A stretch of DNA of 64,000 nucleotides from Candidatus Multivoradales bacterium (GTDB lineage: Bacteria; Acidobacteriota; Thermoanaerobaculia; Multivoradales; J023), in the NCBI GenBank assembly GCA_965248925.1, contig CBDFLE010000006.1, forward strand, positions 4,992,001 to 5,056,000, in the 5' to 3' direction. The notes beneath the pieces are model-generated. The model saw nothing but the letters and a program-made list of their open reading frames with translations. It did no database searches and was not told the DNA's origin. The position numbers were made by a program, and so were the translations under genes. Of this stretch, positions 20,426-29,596 are shown piece by piece (position 1 is the stretch's first letter; every line of letters begins with the position of its first letter).

Positions 20426-22062
20426 CGTTCCTCCCGGGCGAGGTCGAGCAAATTGGTGACCTCTTCCAGAGAGCCTACTCGGGTGGCGCAGCCTTGCGGA
20501 CAGTTGCTGACGCAGGCCGGCTCGTGACCGGTGTCGTGGCAGAGGTCGCATTTGCTGGCCACTCGCCGGGGCTGACCGCGCAGGGCTTGGGGCAGCATGT
20601 CCCCAGGCCAGGTCTCGCCGGTGTCGTGCATGAGGATGGCGTCGTAGGGGCAATTGCCGCCACAGGTGCCGCAGCCGATGCACAGCAGGTCGTCGATCTC
20701 GATCACTGCCTCGATGCCGGCGCGATGAATGGCGCCGGTCGGACAGCCAATCAGGCAAACTGGGTCGCGGCAGTGGTAGCAGGAGCGGGCGATCAAGATG
20801 TCGCCGTGTTTGGCCCCCTCGCGGACGAAACGGGCGCGGCCGCCGTGAGTATCGGCACAGGCTCGCACACAGTCGTCGCAGCGGGTGCAGGTTTCGAGGT
20901 CGATGGCGAGCATGCTGGTGCCTTGCACTAGGCCGCTGCTGAGCGCCGCGTTGGTGAATTTCGCGTGGCCGATGTCGCGGCGACTGTAGCCGGCCTCTTT
21001 GATCCGCTGGATAGCGCTGCGCCACAGCTCTTGCTCGATCTTGGGTGAGCTGCCGACCAAGTCGGCAAACACCCGCGCCGGTATCTCCACTAACTCGGCA
21101 TGCTCCACCGCGGTGGCGGTGACCTGCCAGCCGTCCAGATCTTCGACCAGCAGCTCGACTTCGCCCAGAGTCATGCCCTTGGACAGATAGGACACCGCCA
21201 GATCACCCTCGCCGAAGCGTTGCGACAGCTTGACGAAGCCGGAGCGCATCAGGTAGAGCGCCGCCACCGGCTCGCCCTGGCGGACGATGGGCTCTTCGGG
21301 CTCGCAGGAGCGCAACGCGACAACTTCTTTGATAGCGCCCAAGAAGAGATCCGAGCAATGGCTGAACAGCGGAGTGCTCTTCAGCTGCGAGAGTAAGGCG
21401 CGGTCGCGATAGAGCGTGTCGATACGCTCTTTCAAAGCTGGCGACCTGCGCTTCATCGCCCGCAGCGCGGGGAGTCTGATCTGTACCAACTGACAGCGGC
21501 CAGTGGCGCGGGCGGTGACCGACTGCGGCCAGCCCGAGAGGGCGCCAATCTCGCCGAAAAGCTCGCCCTTGCCAAGCCGGGCGCCACTGCCGCGAGGCAG
21601 GTTGAAGTCCATGGTGGCGAGAAAGGTAATCTCGCCGTTCGCCGCTGGCCGAGGCAAGAAGCCACTGGCAGGGGCCAGCAGGTTGCCAGTGGGCGGCGCG
21701 GCGGGCTCGATGACGGTGCGCGTCAAGTCGAAGACCGGTTGGGAGACGGTGTGGTCGTCGATTCCGCTCAAAAAGAGATCGACAGTACCATCAGCGACAA
21801 AGAAGGCGAGGTCGAGATAGCTGCCTTCCTCGAACAGCACCGCCCCTGGCTCCCACACCGCCACCGAGATGTCGGGACTGATCTTCTCCAGAAAGCGGTC
21901 GTCATAGTCGGCGAAGATCTCGAACGCCCGCAACTCTTCGGCCTTCAGCCGGTCGGAGATCGACTCAATGCCCCCTTGGTCGCCATACGAGGTCCAGCGG
22001 TCCCGATGTTGTTCCAGCCGCCGTTGCCTGGTGACCGTGTTCGGATCTGGGAGCTGACTCAT
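20422..22062 (-). CDS. tandem cNMP-binding (CAP_ED) domains fused to a DmsB/NrfC-like 4x[4Fe-4S] domain
   Basis: LFEEG...FGEIG; IVRQGEP...LGEV; CTRCDDCVRAC, CYHCRDPVCLIGCP, CIGCGTCGGNCP, CDLC..PACVSNCP. Confidence 0.9.
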   Translation of the reverse strand: MSQLPDPNTVTRQRRLEQHRDRWTSYGDQGGIESISDRLKAEELRAFEIFADYDDRFLEKISPDISVAVWEPGAVLFEEGSYLDLAFFVADGTVDLFLSGIDDHTVSQPVFDLTRTVIEPAAPPTGNLLAPASGFLPRPAANGEITFLATMDFNLPRGSGARLGKGELFGEIGALSGWPQSVTARATGRCQLVQIRLPALRAMKRRSPALKERIDTLYRDRALLSQLKSTPLFSHCSDLFLGAIKEVVALRSCEPEEPIVRQGEPVAALYLMRSGFVKLSQRFGEGDLAVSYLSKGMTLGEVELLVEDLDGWQVTATAVEHAELVEIPARVFADLVGSSPKIEQELWRSAIQRIKEAGYSRRDIGHAKFTNAALSSGLVQGTSMLAIDLETCTRCDDCVRACADTHGGRARFVREGAKHGDILIARSCYHCRDPVCLIGCPTGAIHRAGIEAVIEIDDLLCIGCGTCGGNCPYDAILMHDTGETWPGDMLPQALRGQPRRVASKCDLCHDTGHEPACVSNCPQGCATRVGSLEEVTNLLDLAREER

Positions 22063-24710
22063 GGGGTCTCTCCTTGGGAGCGAATCGCGGCGTAAAGCAG
22101 TTCGAGCCGACGTTTGAGCTGCACCAGAGCTTGCTCGATCGGCGTCGAGGAGTCGAGGGCGGGGAAGGGGGGCAGCTCGATGCTGCCCAAGCGTCGACTG
22201 ATCGGCTCGGCCCCGCCACCGTCGGCTGGGGGTGATGTTGGCCGCGGCTTGGGGATCTCCAAGATATTGCTGGGCTTTCGAGTGTTGAGTGTCCCTCGCC
22301 GCCGGCGGCCACCGCGCTTCTCCAGGGCGCGGTCAAAGGCCGCCACCAGTTCAACGGTCGGGGTCAGCGGCGCTTGCCAGTGGCGTACTGAGGCCATGCC
22401 CCCAGCGTAGTCGAAATCGGCGCCGGTCGGGTGGCCGGCCGAGACCAGGCGCTGTTCGGTGATGTAGTGGCAGCTGTTGCAGCGGGTGGCGCGAACCGGC
22501 AGATCCTTGAGCCTCACCATGCCGATCTCGAGGGCCTTCAAGTAGCCAGGGCGGCGCGTGCCGAGGGCCTTATCACCTTCTTGATGTGGTTCCAGATAGT
22601 CCCCCGCTGGACCGTGGCAACTCTCACAACCGACCCCGGCTTGCGCTTCGCGGCGCTCCTTGCCGGTGACCACTGAGCCGTGGCAATCCATGCAGATCTG
22701 ATTGCCGCGGGTGATCTCGCCGCTCGCCAAGCCGAATAAGCGAGCGATGCGAAGAGCCTTGGGGTCGCCGCTGAGGAGACCGTCAGCGGAGCTGTAGTGG
22801 CGATCGTCAAACCACCAGGCATTCTCCTCCTTGTGGCAACCGCTGCAAGCGCCAGGGCCTCGGCTGGCGTGGGGTGAGAGTGGATGAACGCGAGTGTTCT
22901 TGGCTCCCACCACCTTGGCTTGCACAGCTCTTTCGCTAGTCTGCTCACTGGTCGGTGGAGTCGCCGTGGCCGATTCGTCAGCTGGTTGGGTCGCTGGATC
23001 CTCGCTGGTGGCAGGGGCCGGCTCAGCCAGGGGGTTCAACAGCGTTGGATCGCGGGCTGGCACCGGTCCCCGCTCGGCCAGGGCGCTGCTGAAGGCGGCT
23101 TGCAGAACCGTCGAGGAGGCCAACGGGTGCTGCCAGTGGCGCACTCGCGCCATGCCGCCGACAAAGTCGAAATCGTTGCCGTCGGGATGGCCGGTGGCGA
23201 TCAGCTTGCGGTCGGTGATGTAGTGACAGCTGGTGCAGGTCTGGGCACGGCGTGCGTGATCCTTGAGTTCGGTCATGCCCAGGCCGAGGGCGGCGATGTA
23301 GCCCGGACGCTTCAGGCCGAGGGCCTTGTCGCCCTCGCGATGGGCTTCGATGTAGCCGCCGGCCGGGCCATGGCAGCTCTCACAGCTGGCGCCGTCCTGG
23401 ACTTCGCGGGCCAGTTTGGCCGAAGCCGCGGTGCCATGGCAGCCCATGCAGGCCGATGTGCCGCGGGCCATCTCCTCCGCGCTCAAACCATAGAGCCTGG
23501 CGATCTCCAAGTTGCGCGGCTCTCGATCGAGAAAGGGCTCGATCGAAGCAGCGTGCGGATCCTCGAGCCACCAAACGTTCTGCTCAGCATGGCAGCCGCT
23601 GCAGGCGGCCTGGCCCAGGGTCGGAAAGTCGTGGCTGACCGGGCGTGGTCCGATGCTTGGAGTGGGGGCGGTGGTAGCGCTCCGAGTGCCGCCAGAGCCG
23701 TTTTCGGCGCGGGCCACCGGCGCGGCGGTACCGTCGAGCAGTGGATCGAGGGCAGCGAGCTGTTGGCCGTCGTGGCGGTCGAGCAGGCGGCGGCCGGCCT
23801 GGTCGATGCGGTCGGCGGCGGCCAGCAGCGCGGTGCGGTTGTCGAGTCCGACGGTCAGGCCGCGTACCGCCTTCAGCATCTCATCGACTTCGCTGAGTTC
23901 GACGCTGGTCGCAATCGCCCGCAGCTCGGCGGCGGCATTGCGCTGGCGGCGGGTCATCGCTTTCAGGTAGATCCCCGGCCGGCTGGCGGCGGCCACCCCG
24001 CGCAAGCTGTACTCGAGGTCCAGGGTGCGGCCGACCACATACATCAGCCGTCGCCGCGCCGCGCCGCGCAGGGCGTTGTCGCTGCCGTCGCCGTTGAGAA
24101 AGCTGGTCAGGAAGTTGTGGCGGATGTCGCCCTGGGTCCACTCGACCAGCTCAAAACCGCCGCTGCCGCTGGTATGACCGCCAATATTGACCAGGCCCTC
24201 GTAGGGCACCGTGTGGCAAGCGAAACAAGTGGCCGCCACGTCGTAGAGGTCCGAGGGGCGCCGCATGCCAGCTTGACGGCTCTCAAGGATGCGCTGGGAG
24301 CGGTGCTCAGCGGTTTCGCTGCGGTGGTCAAGACCCTTGCCACCATAGTCGTTGTGCAGCTCGATCCACGACTTGCCGGCGCCGTGGCAGGACTCGCAGG
24401 ACACTCCCGATGCGGCCCGCACCTCATCCCCTTTCAGGGTCGGAGTGTAATGGCAATTCAGGCATAGGCTGTCGCGTTTGATCAGCTTGAAGCCCATTTT
24501 TTCGGCGATCTTGGTGGCGCTCTCTTTGCGGTGCAGAGTCTTGAAACCGGTGGCGTGGGGGGTTCGATTCCACACCTCGTATTCGGCGACGTGGCATTCG
24601 CCGCAAGCCTCGACTTGGGCGAAGTCCTGCGGCGGCTGGCGGGAGTAGGCTTCGGAACTCGGCTGAGCCAGGGCGCGGTGGGCGAGACCGCAGCCCAGCG
24701 CTAAGGCCAA
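22059..24710 (-). CDS. 12-heme cytochrome c built from three c554-like tetraheme repeats
   Basis: 12 CXXCH in three blocks, each containing CESCHG; signal-peptide-like N-terminus (ALA-Q); start uncertain (TTG 24710 or CTG 24755). Confidence 0.9.
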   Translation of the reverse strand: MALALGCGLAHRALAQPSSEAYSRQPPQDFAQVEACGECHVAEYEVWNRTPHATGFKTLHRKESATKIAEKMGFKLIKRDSLCLNCHYTPTLKGDEVRAASGVSCESCHGAGKSWIELHNDYGGKGLDHRSETAEHRSQRILESRQAGMRRPSDLYDVAATCFACHTVPYEGLVNIGGHTSGSGGFELVEWTQGDIRHNFLTSFLNGDGSDNALRGAARRRLMYVVGRTLDLEYSLRGVAAASRPGIYLKAMTRRQRNAAAELRAIATSVELSEVDEMLKAVRGLTVGLDNRTALLAAADRIDQAGRRLLDRHDGQQLAALDPLLDGTAAPVARAENGSGGTRSATTAPTPSIGPRPVSHDFPTLGQAACSGCHAEQNVWWLEDPHAASIEPFLDREPRNLEIARLYGLSAEEMARGTSACMGCHGTAASAKLAREVQDGASCESCHGPAGGYIEAHREGDKALGLKRPGYIAALGLGMTELKDHARRAQTCTSCHYITDRKLIATGHPDGNDFDFVGGMARVRHWQHPLASSTVLQAAFSSALAERGPVPARDPTLLNPLAEPAPATSEDPATQPADESATATPPTSEQTSERAVQAKVVGAKNTRVHPLSPHASRGPGACSGCHKEENAWWFDDRHYSSADGLLSGDPKALRIARLFGLASGEITRGNQICMDCHGSVVTGKERREAQAGVGCESCHGPAGDYLEPHQEGDKALGTRRPGYLKALEIGMVRLKDLPVRATRCNSCHYITEQRLVSAGHPTGADFDYAGGMASVRHWQAPLTPTVELVAAFDRALEKRGGRRRRGTLNTRKPSNILEIPKPRPTSPPADGGGAEPISRRLGSIELPPFPALDSSTPIEQALVQLKRRLELLYAAIRSQGETP

Positions 24711-24751
24711 GCACCACAGAGCACGGGTCGGCGAAGCCAGGGACTCGTCGG

Positions 24752-26323
24752 TCAGAATTTCACCACCAACTCAAGGCGGCCGCCGAAGGGTGTTTGGTCG
24801 CCGCCGGCCCGCTGGCGTTGACTGATAAACGCGTCAGTGACCACCAGCACTCGACGACCGAAGGCGGCTTGGTAGCGCGCGGTCAGACCGTAGGAGTCCT
24901 CGACCGCGTCTTCCAGTCCCAGCCGAGCGGCAACTTCGACCACCAGCTGCCGTCGGCTGTGGCCGAGAAACTTCTGGTAGCCGATAGCTCCGCCGACCAC
25001 ATCTTGCGCCAGATTGCTCAGTGGAGCGCCGTAGCTACCCAGGCCGACCGCCGCGAAGTTGATGCCGACGCGGCCCAAAGGGCCACCGGCCGCGGGGCCG
25101 CGAGCTGCCGAGGAAAAACGGTCGAAGGCCACGAAGTTGTTGATGTAGAAAAGATCCGAAGTGTAGGCCGGGGTCCACGAAAGTTCACTCATCAACAGAG
25201 TGCCATTGCCGCTGAATGGGGTTTCTTCATCGATGGCGAACGAACTCAGCAGGCGGAACGAAGAGCTGGTCTTGCCGAAGCGTTGCACCGCCGAGATTCC
25301 GGCCACTGCCAGGTCGCCCGCCAGGCTGTCGGAGCGCACGTAGGCGAGGTCGACATCGAAGGTCGAGCGTGCGGTGTCGGTCGAGGTGAACAGGGCGAAG
25401 AGTTGGGCGTCCTTGTCTTCTACATTGCCACCTGCCACAGAGCCACGGTGAAGATTGTCCCAACCGTAGAAGAAGGTGGCGCGGAAGTTGGAAGTGTTGG
25501 CTGGCAGCAGGGTGTTGCGGGTGAAGCCGATACCGTCGATGGTGTCGGCGATCAACAATCCTTCCTGAAAAGATATCGGCTGGCGGCCGATCGAGAAGCC
25601 TACATCCAGCGCACCAAAATCCTCACGGTCGAGGTTGGGGAAGATCTCGCCGATGTCACCTTCGAAGTAAAGACTGCTGATTTCGGCATTGAGTTCGCTC
25701 TCGAATTCTCCGTCGAGATTGGCGTCGGGATGCTCGAAGAAGTAGCTGGTAAAGCGCCCGTCCTCGTCGAGAGCCCGCAAGCCCACCACCAGACGTTCGC
25801 TGCCCGACAGTTGCAGGTTGAAGAAGAGGTCGAGCCGATTGGCCCACTCAGTCACCCTCCCCTCGACTCCTTGCAAGTCCGGTTCGAAGGTCTGAATGGC
25901 GCTGCGAAAGGTGCCGAAGGCGAGCAGCGAGGGCTGCCAGACGGCACCGGTGGGCAGGCGAAAACCCGGTTTCAGAGTGCCTGTGCCGAGGAATGGCTCG
26001 CCGAGTTCCAGCAGTGGTTTCGGGCGCTGCGGGAAGCCTTCGAGCTGTAAGGGAATCTCCTCGTCGGAAAAGCGACTCGAATGTCCCCCTTTGCCGTGCT
26101 CCTCCCTGTCTTCTCCGCTATGTTCTTTCTTGGCCTGCTCCGCGTCGCCTTGATCATCCGCGGTCGACTCGCCGCTGTGCGGATCAGTGGAGGAGGGAGT
26201 GGGGTCGTTGGCGGCGTTGGTGGGAGCGGCGAGCAGCAGCAGAATCACCAGAGCAGCATCGATCCACAGCCAGCTCGCTGGCTGGCGACCGCGGGCGGCG
26301 AGAGAGTTGCCGCGATGCTTCAT
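24752..26323 (-). CDS. probable outer-membrane beta-barrel protein
   Basis: signal peptide, long amphipathic beta-strand pattern, terminal RLELVVKF (BAM-type signal); ATGA overlap. Confidence 0.7.
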   Translation of the reverse strand: MKHRGNSLAARGRQPASWLWIDAALVILLLLAAPTNAANDPTPSSTDPHSGESTADDQGDAEQAKKEHSGEDREEHGKGGHSSRFSDEEIPLQLEGFPQRPKPLLELGEPFLGTGTLKPGFRLPTGAVWQPSLLAFGTFRSAIQTFEPDLQGVEGRVTEWANRLDLFFNLQLSGSERLVVGLRALDEDGRFTSYFFEHPDANLDGEFESELNAEISSLYFEGDIGEIFPNLDREDFGALDVGFSIGRQPISFQEGLLIADTIDGIGFTRNTLLPANTSNFRATFFYGWDNLHRGSVAGGNVEDKDAQLFALFTSTDTARSTFDVDLAYVRSDSLAGDLAVAGISAVQRFGKTSSSFRLLSSFAIDEETPFSGNGTLLMSELSWTPAYTSDLFYINNFVAFDRFSSAARGPAAGGPLGRVGINFAAVGLGSYGAPLSNLAQDVVGGAIGYQKFLGHSRRQLVVEVAARLGLEDAVEDSYGLTARYQAAFGRRVLVVTDAFISQRQRAGGDQTPFGGRLELVVKF

Positions 26324-28185
26324 CTTGTGCTCGCTGGCGCGCTGCCGCTTGTGGGTTGATGGTTGGTATTCGCTACCGGAATCTCCAGATCGGTTTCCCA
26401 CAGCACCTGATGCCCTTCTACCACCCGATCGGCCACTTCGCGGGGGCTCAGGAAGTAGTCAAAACCGACAATCTTGATCTCGTTCACCAGGTTGACCGGG
26501 ATCATTCCCGCAATCAGCTGGATGCGCGCCTTATAAGGTGCCTTGCCGGTCAGCTGCTCGGGCCGGATTCGGTACTTGCCGACCCGCTTGCCGCCAGGTG
26601 AAATGCCTCTCTTATGCTTGCGCACCCCAGCCGGTCGGCCGGTGAGAATGGTGGAAGAAGTAGAAGGGCGCAAGAAGGGCAGAGGGTCGGGCGAGTAATT
26701 CAGTGCCAATACTTGCTCGCGCTCGCCGCCGCGAGCCATGCGGGTCATGAATTTGGCTTGCAGACTCAGCAAGTCGCGATCCAGCGGTAGTTCGCCATTG
26801 TGAACATACAGCGAATGTAGGTCGCGAATGTCGCCGTTGGGGTCGAGGTCGCCAGAGCGGTAAACCACCTGGCCGTCGCTGTCGGCTACCGTGACCCGCA
26901 CAAACACCAGTCGTTCGGCGTCGAAGCCGGTTGGCACACTGTGGCCGTTGGTGGCGTTGAGCACCTCGACCTCGAACACCACTCCCCGTTTGGAGTCGGC
27001 CCGGCGGACGGAAATATCGCCGAATTGATAACCGTTTTGCAGGATCTTGAGCCGGTCGCGATCGGCTTCGGCGAGTAGCTCCAGATTGTCGTCGAGAATG
27101 TCGCGCGCATCATAGCGATCGTCGATCGCCGACCAGCGCGGGGGAAATTCGAAGTCCTCAGGCTTGCTGTCTTCGAACTCATCCGTACCCCAGCCGTCGC
27201 GCCACTCGAAGCTCAACCACTCGCGAATGGTGGCTAGCTCCGAAGCCTTGATGTTGTGCGGGAAGATACCGGGGTGGATTACCGAGTAGTCGGGGCCGAT
27301 GAACATGTGGTTGGTGCGTTTGCGCGGCGCGGTCGTCCGCGAGCCGACCAGCGCCGCCGGGGCTTCGGCATAGCCCGAATCGACCCCCGGCACAGTGCTC
27401 ATGTGGCAATCCTGGCAGGACACCCCTTCCTTCGCCGCCGGCGAATGTTTGAATTCGCTGAAGGCTTCCTCAAGGCGAAAACCGTTGACCAGGTTGACAT
27501 CGTGGCAGGTGCCGCAAAAACCTGAAGCGCTGAGTTGAAAGAACTTCTGCGCCTCGGTGTGGATCGCCCGCCCGGCCTTGCCGCGGACCGTGTTGACCCG
27601 GAACTCACTGCTGTTGATCACCCGCTCCAGTTCGTCATTGCCGCTGGGGCCGTACACCGGTTCGAAGAGATCTCCTTCGACAATCGCCAGCCGGCCGCTG
27701 AGCTTGCCGTAGGCCTTGTTGACCCGGTGGCAGACGATACAAGTGACCCCCTCGCGCGATGTTGGATGGCGGTCCATATTGCTCATGAACTCAGGTTCGC
27801 CCAGGTTCATCCCCACCGGCGTGTGGCAGCGGATGCAGAAGTCGCCGTTGGTGCCGTTGGTGATCTTCAGCACCGTGCCGTGAAAAGCGTTGAAAACCGG
27901 GCTCATCTGCGAGTAGGCGTGGGGCGAGACCGACCACTCACGGTAGTGATCAGGGTGGCAGGTGCCGCAAGTCGTAGCGGCTGGAAAGCGGTTCTCCAAG
28001 AACAACAGCTCGTGCTCCTGGTCGGTCGTCGTGGGGGTGTCGGCTTCACTGCTGTCCTGGGCCGCGACCCCTAGCACGAAGAGTGATGGCAGAATTAGCA
28101 ACAGCCATAGCCACCCCTCTCGCTGCTGCCCTGGGCCGCTCCTTGGGTGTCTTCCGTCGCCGCTCCGGATCGCCTGCTCAGTCAT
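26320..28185 (-). CDS. exported pentaheme cytochrome c (c554/c552-like) with C-terminal beta domain
   Basis: CGTCH, CIRCH, CIVCH, CGTCH, CQDCH; W..S.HA; GHSVPTG; N-terminal hydrophobic signal. Confidence 0.9.
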   Translation of the reverse strand: MTEQAIRSGDGRHPRSGPGQQREGWLWLLLILPSLFVLGVAAQDSSEADTPTTTDQEHELLFLENRFPAATTCGTCHPDHYREWSVSPHAYSQMSPVFNAFHGTVLKITNGTNGDFCIRCHTPVGMNLGEPEFMSNMDRHPTSREGVTCIVCHRVNKAYGKLSGRLAIVEGDLFEPVYGPSGNDELERVINSSEFRVNTVRGKAGRAIHTEAQKFFQLSASGFCGTCHDVNLVNGFRLEEAFSEFKHSPAAKEGVSCQDCHMSTVPGVDSGYAEAPAALVGSRTTAPRKRTNHMFIGPDYSVIHPGIFPHNIKASELATIREWLSFEWRDGWGTDEFEDSKPEDFEFPPRWSAIDDRYDARDILDDNLELLAEADRDRLKILQNGYQFGDISVRRADSKRGVVFEVEVLNATNGHSVPTGFDAERLVFVRVTVADSDGQVVYRSGDLDPNGDIRDLHSLYVHNGELPLDRDLLSLQAKFMTRMARGGEREQVLALNYSPDPLPFLRPSTSSTILTGRPAGVRKHKRGISPGGKRVGKYRIRPEQLTGKAPYKARIQLIAGMIPVNLVNEIKIVGFDYFLSPREVADRVVEGHQVLWETDLEIPVANTNHQPTSGSAPASTR

Positions 28186-28225
28186 ACCAACACCGCCTTC
28201 CAGTGGCGCCTTCCAGTAGCGCCTC

Positions 28226-28245
28226 ATATGCGATCAGCTGCATAT
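28226..28245. promoter_or_regulatory. candidate operator ATATGC-N8-GCATAT
   Basis: perfect 6-8-6 inverted repeat ~40 bp upstream of the cytochrome operon, in a divergent intergenic region. Confidence 0.35.
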
Positions 28246-28367
28246 CTAGTTGCTTATGTGGCTGGATGATAACGGCTTCCGCCCTCGTTGGCCAGATTGC
28301 GGAAGGACCATTTAGGCTCTATCGACGGCGAGTTGGTAGCTGCCCATATTTGTGCGAAGATGGTTTT

Positions 28368-28655
28368 ATGCGAACCACCATCGATTTGCCGAGTCGCTTG
28401 CTGCGCCAGGCCAAGGCTCGGGCGGCTCTGGATGGCACGACTCTCAAGCAGCTGGTGACGCGGTGGGTGGAGCAGGGCTTGAAGCGGGCAACGGATCCCG
28501 GCCTGGCCGCGCCCCAGCGCCAGCGGAGCGAGCTGCCGGTCGCCCGGTCGGCCACCGGCAGGCTACTGCCCAACCTGACCAATGCGGACCTCCACCAGAT
28601 TCTCACCGACGAAGAGATCGCCCGTAGTGAGACCACTGAGATCTCCGGTGGGTGA
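28368..28655 (+). CDS. VapB-type (RHH) antitoxin
   Basis: MRTTIDLP..LL..AK..AA..G.TL..LV. Confidence 0.85.
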   Translation: MRTTIDLPSRLLRQAKARAALDGTTLKQLVTRWVEQGLKRATDPGLAAPQRQRSELPVARSATGRLLPNLTNADLHQILTDEEIARSETTEISGG

Positions 28656-29085
28656 AACCACCGACCTGCTCGACGTCAACGTCTGGTTGGCGCTCAGCCT
28701 ACCCGACCATCCCCACCACTCGCGGGCCAAACGCTATTGGTTCAACGAATCGGGACTCGAGCTGGCCTTTTGCAGAATCACTGCGGTAGGTTTTCTGCGG
28801 CTATGCACTCAGCCAGCGGTGATGGGAGGAAGGCCGCTCAGCGTGGGTCAGGCTTGGCAGGCCTACCGAGCTTTCTGCGGTTTGCCGGAAGTTGTATTCG
28901 CCGCCGAGCCGGCCGGTTGTGAATCGCGCTTGCAGGATTGGGCAATGTCAGGCAACCCTGCGGCACGCTTGTGGAACGACTCCTATCTCGCCGCTTTTGC
29001 GGTTGCCGGCGCCTTTCGCCTGGTCAGCTTCGATGGCGATTTCACTCGCTTTGCAGACCTCGATCTCTGGCGACTCGAAGGCTGA
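28648..29085 (+). CDS. vapC: VapC/PIN toxin
   Basis: LLDVNVWLAL....HPHH..A, GFLRL.T, WNDSYLAAFA, LVSFDGDF. Confidence 0.9.
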   Translation: MGETTDLLDVNVWLALSLPDHPHHSRAKRYWFNESGLELAFCRITAVGFLRLCTQPAVMGGRPLSVGQAWQAYRAFCGLPEVVFAAEPAGCESRLQDWAMSGNPAARLWNDSYLAAFAVAGAFRLVSFDGDFTRFADLDLWRLEG

Positions 29086-29126
29086 GCCGCGAGGGGCTTT
29101 TGGGGACAGTTGGTCGACGCAAGAGC

Positions 29127-29146
29127 CCAGAACTCCTGACATACCC
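29127..29146. repeat. solitary terminal IR of the 29597-32127 element family
   Basis: ccagaactcctgacataccc equals the reverse complement of the element's right end. Confidence 0.8.
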
Positions 29147-29596
29147 CTCTTTGAAAAGGGGGGAATTACAGCGCCTCAGAGGCCGAAAATCCCGCCGATT
29201 TCTTCCACGCGCACACCCTGTAAGTGCTTGACCGGTCAGTGTTTAATCCCGTCGTGCCCATGATGGTGTCAGCTGACCATGCGGGGGCACTGCGATGTCA
29301 AGGGGGCACTGGCGGGGCAGCACTCTGCCCCGCTGCCCCATGCTTCTCAACGGCGGGCCACACGAAACCGGTTGATGCAGAAGTCTGCGAGCTTCCGGCG
29401 CATGTGGCGTCCGTCGATGCGGTGGACCACATTGAGACGTGCTGTCAAGGCACGCTGGCGGCCCAACGGGTCGGCAACAAAGCGACGTGCGCGGTGACCT
29501 GAAAGGGCAACCGCATCTAATCTGGGTCAGGCTCTCGAAAGACCAAGGAACCAGATTGCTACTCCGAAAGATTGTGCTTGACAGTACCGACCGACT

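Noticed and set aside
17944-26050. Long plus-strand ORFs (17944-19197, 22884-24467, 24794-26050), and likewise 61703-63094
   Set aside because: Shadow ORFs opposite well-supported genes in high-GC DNA; no motifs
22059-28185. Calling the cytochromes HAO/c554 nitrification, NrfA or MtrA/OmcS
   Set aside because: No CXXCK motif, and heme counts and gene context do not match; only fold-level resemblance
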